DNA of 62,798 bases, filler included, from Chiloscyllium plagiosum (lineage: Eukaryota): NCBI RefSeq assembly GCF_004010195.1. It is 5 parts of one record of this genome, joined end to end, with 100 filler letters (N's around TTAATTAATTAA, not from the genome) between each part and the next. Parts side by side here need not be neighbours in the genome. Positions count along the whole stretch, not along the records: positions 58,681 to 62,798 come from NC_057716.1; 4 more parts are not named here. The stretch is one strand, 5' to 3'. How positions within the stretch are numbered: the stretch's first letter is position 1; every line of letters begins with the position of its first letter. This document shows positions 61,589 through 62,798 of the stretch, one piece after another. The notes under the pieces were generated by a model. The model did not search any database and was not told where the DNA came from. It saw only the letters and a list, made by a program, of their open reading frames with translations. Position numbers and translations under genes: made by a program.

Positions 61589-62240
61589 AGACAAAAACAG
61601 AAGTTGCAGGAAAAGCTCAGCAGGTCGGGCAACGTCTGTGAATAAAAATCAAAGTTAATGTTTCGGGTCCAGTGACCTGCCCTTAGAACTGATGGTACCT
61701 AGGAAAATGTTGGTTTATAAACAGAAGATAGGGTGTGGAGAGGGGGTAAGGAATAAATGATAGGTAGGGATAGAGCCCAAAGAGGGAGAAGAAGAGTTGT
61801 ACAGTAAAAGGAGTCGATAACGATCTGGCTGGGAGGTTGATTAGCTGTTAATGGAGACTGTTAGTGGCTAACAATAGATAGTGTGTAATGGCAGGCTATG
61901 TGATAACAAGGCCTGGTGTGTGGGGGAGTTCAGGTCCTAAAATTATGTAATATGAGTCCAGGGGTCTGCAGGGTCCCAAAGTGGAAAATGAGGTAGTGTT
62001 CTTCCAGCTTGTACTGAGCTTCACTGGAGCACTGCAGCAAGCCTGAGACAGAGATGTTAGCCAGGGAACAAGATGGTGTATTAAAGTGGCAGGCAACTGG
62101 GAACACAGGGTCTTTTTTGAGGGCCGGCATAGATGTTTTGGAAAGCGGTCATCCAGTCTATACTTCATTTCCCCAATGTAGAGGAGACCGCGTTATGAGC
62201 AGTGAATGCAGTAGACGAGATTGTGAGAAATGCTGGTAAA
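61589..62240 (-). mobile_element. Penelope-like element 3' part (GIY-YIG plus pLTR), decayed
   Basis: KYRLDDRFPKHL; PVACHFN...GLLQCSSEAQYKLEEHYLIFHFGTLQTPGL; hammerhead remnant GGTCACTGGACCCGAAAC. Confidence 0.85.
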
Positions 62241-62243
62241 GTG

Positions 62244-62798
62244 TTTTTTTTTATTTCAAAAATATACTTTATTCATATATAATTTAATCTATACAATTGG
62301 ACATGTCATCATTCTGTAAACATTCCATTTCTTTGCGTATCGAAACAGGGTAATCATTCCTATTCACAGGTTGGTGCGATTACATTGAGCTGAGGCACCA
62401 GCGGAGCCCAAATGACTGCGTGGGCCCCCTGTTCTTCTTAGGCAGGCAGATGTTAGACGGTGGTCTTTCCCCACCGCGCCTTGGCAGCAGCTGCCCCAAG
62501 CTTCAGCGCGTCCCTCAACACGTAGTCCTGGACCTTGGAATGTGCCAGTCTGCAACACTCAGTCGGGGTCAACTCCTTCAGCTGGAAGATCAACAGGTTT
62601 TGGACCACCCAGAGAGCGTCCTTCACCGAGTTGATGATCCTCCAGGCACAGTTGATGTTCGTCTCGGTGTGCGTCCCGGGGAACAGGCCGTAGAGCACGG
62701 AGTCCCACGTCACAGCACTACTTGGGACGAACCTCGACAAACACCACTGCATTCCTCTCCAGACTTCCTCTGCATAGGCACATTCCAGAATGAGGTGT
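62244..62798 (-). mobile_element. Tx1-type LINE ORF2 C-terminus, 3'UTR and poly(A)
   Basis: HLILECAYAEEVW...LYGLFPG...WRIINSVKDALW...WGKTTV*; AATAAA then A-run at 62244-62272; runs off the window end. Confidence 0.8.

Overview
Eukaryotic, repeat-dense non-coding DNA, almost certainly from a shark (elasmobranch) draft assembly; I cannot name the species. The evidence is about ten HE1-type V-SINEs plus their CR1/HER1-type partner LINEs. I found no supportable host protein-coding gene, tRNA, rRNA or CRISPR array, and the ORFs I could assign are transposon fragments or antisense shadows. The window is a nested stack of CR1 LINEs, a second CR1-group LINE with a tRNA-like head and its matching bipartite SINE, several Penelope-like element (PLE) families with minimal hammerhead ribozymes, two decayed Gypsy elements, Tx1-type LINE ends, many PIF/Harbinger fossils and a DeuSINE relic. 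Four 100-bp gaps carry an artificial TTAATTAATTAA linker. The most interesting signals: (i) short PLE insertions, several TSD-flanked, whose truncation or inversion points cluster in or beside the hammerhead, including a 150-bp near-perfect palindrome; (ii) an exact 182-bp copy of neighbouring DNA captured inside a PLE at the hammerhead stem II; (iii) a full-length LINE that starts with a Pol III A/B-box head, with SINEs made of its first ~290 bp and last ~60 bp. Family names come from motif recognition, not database searches, and the boundaries of old elements are approximate.
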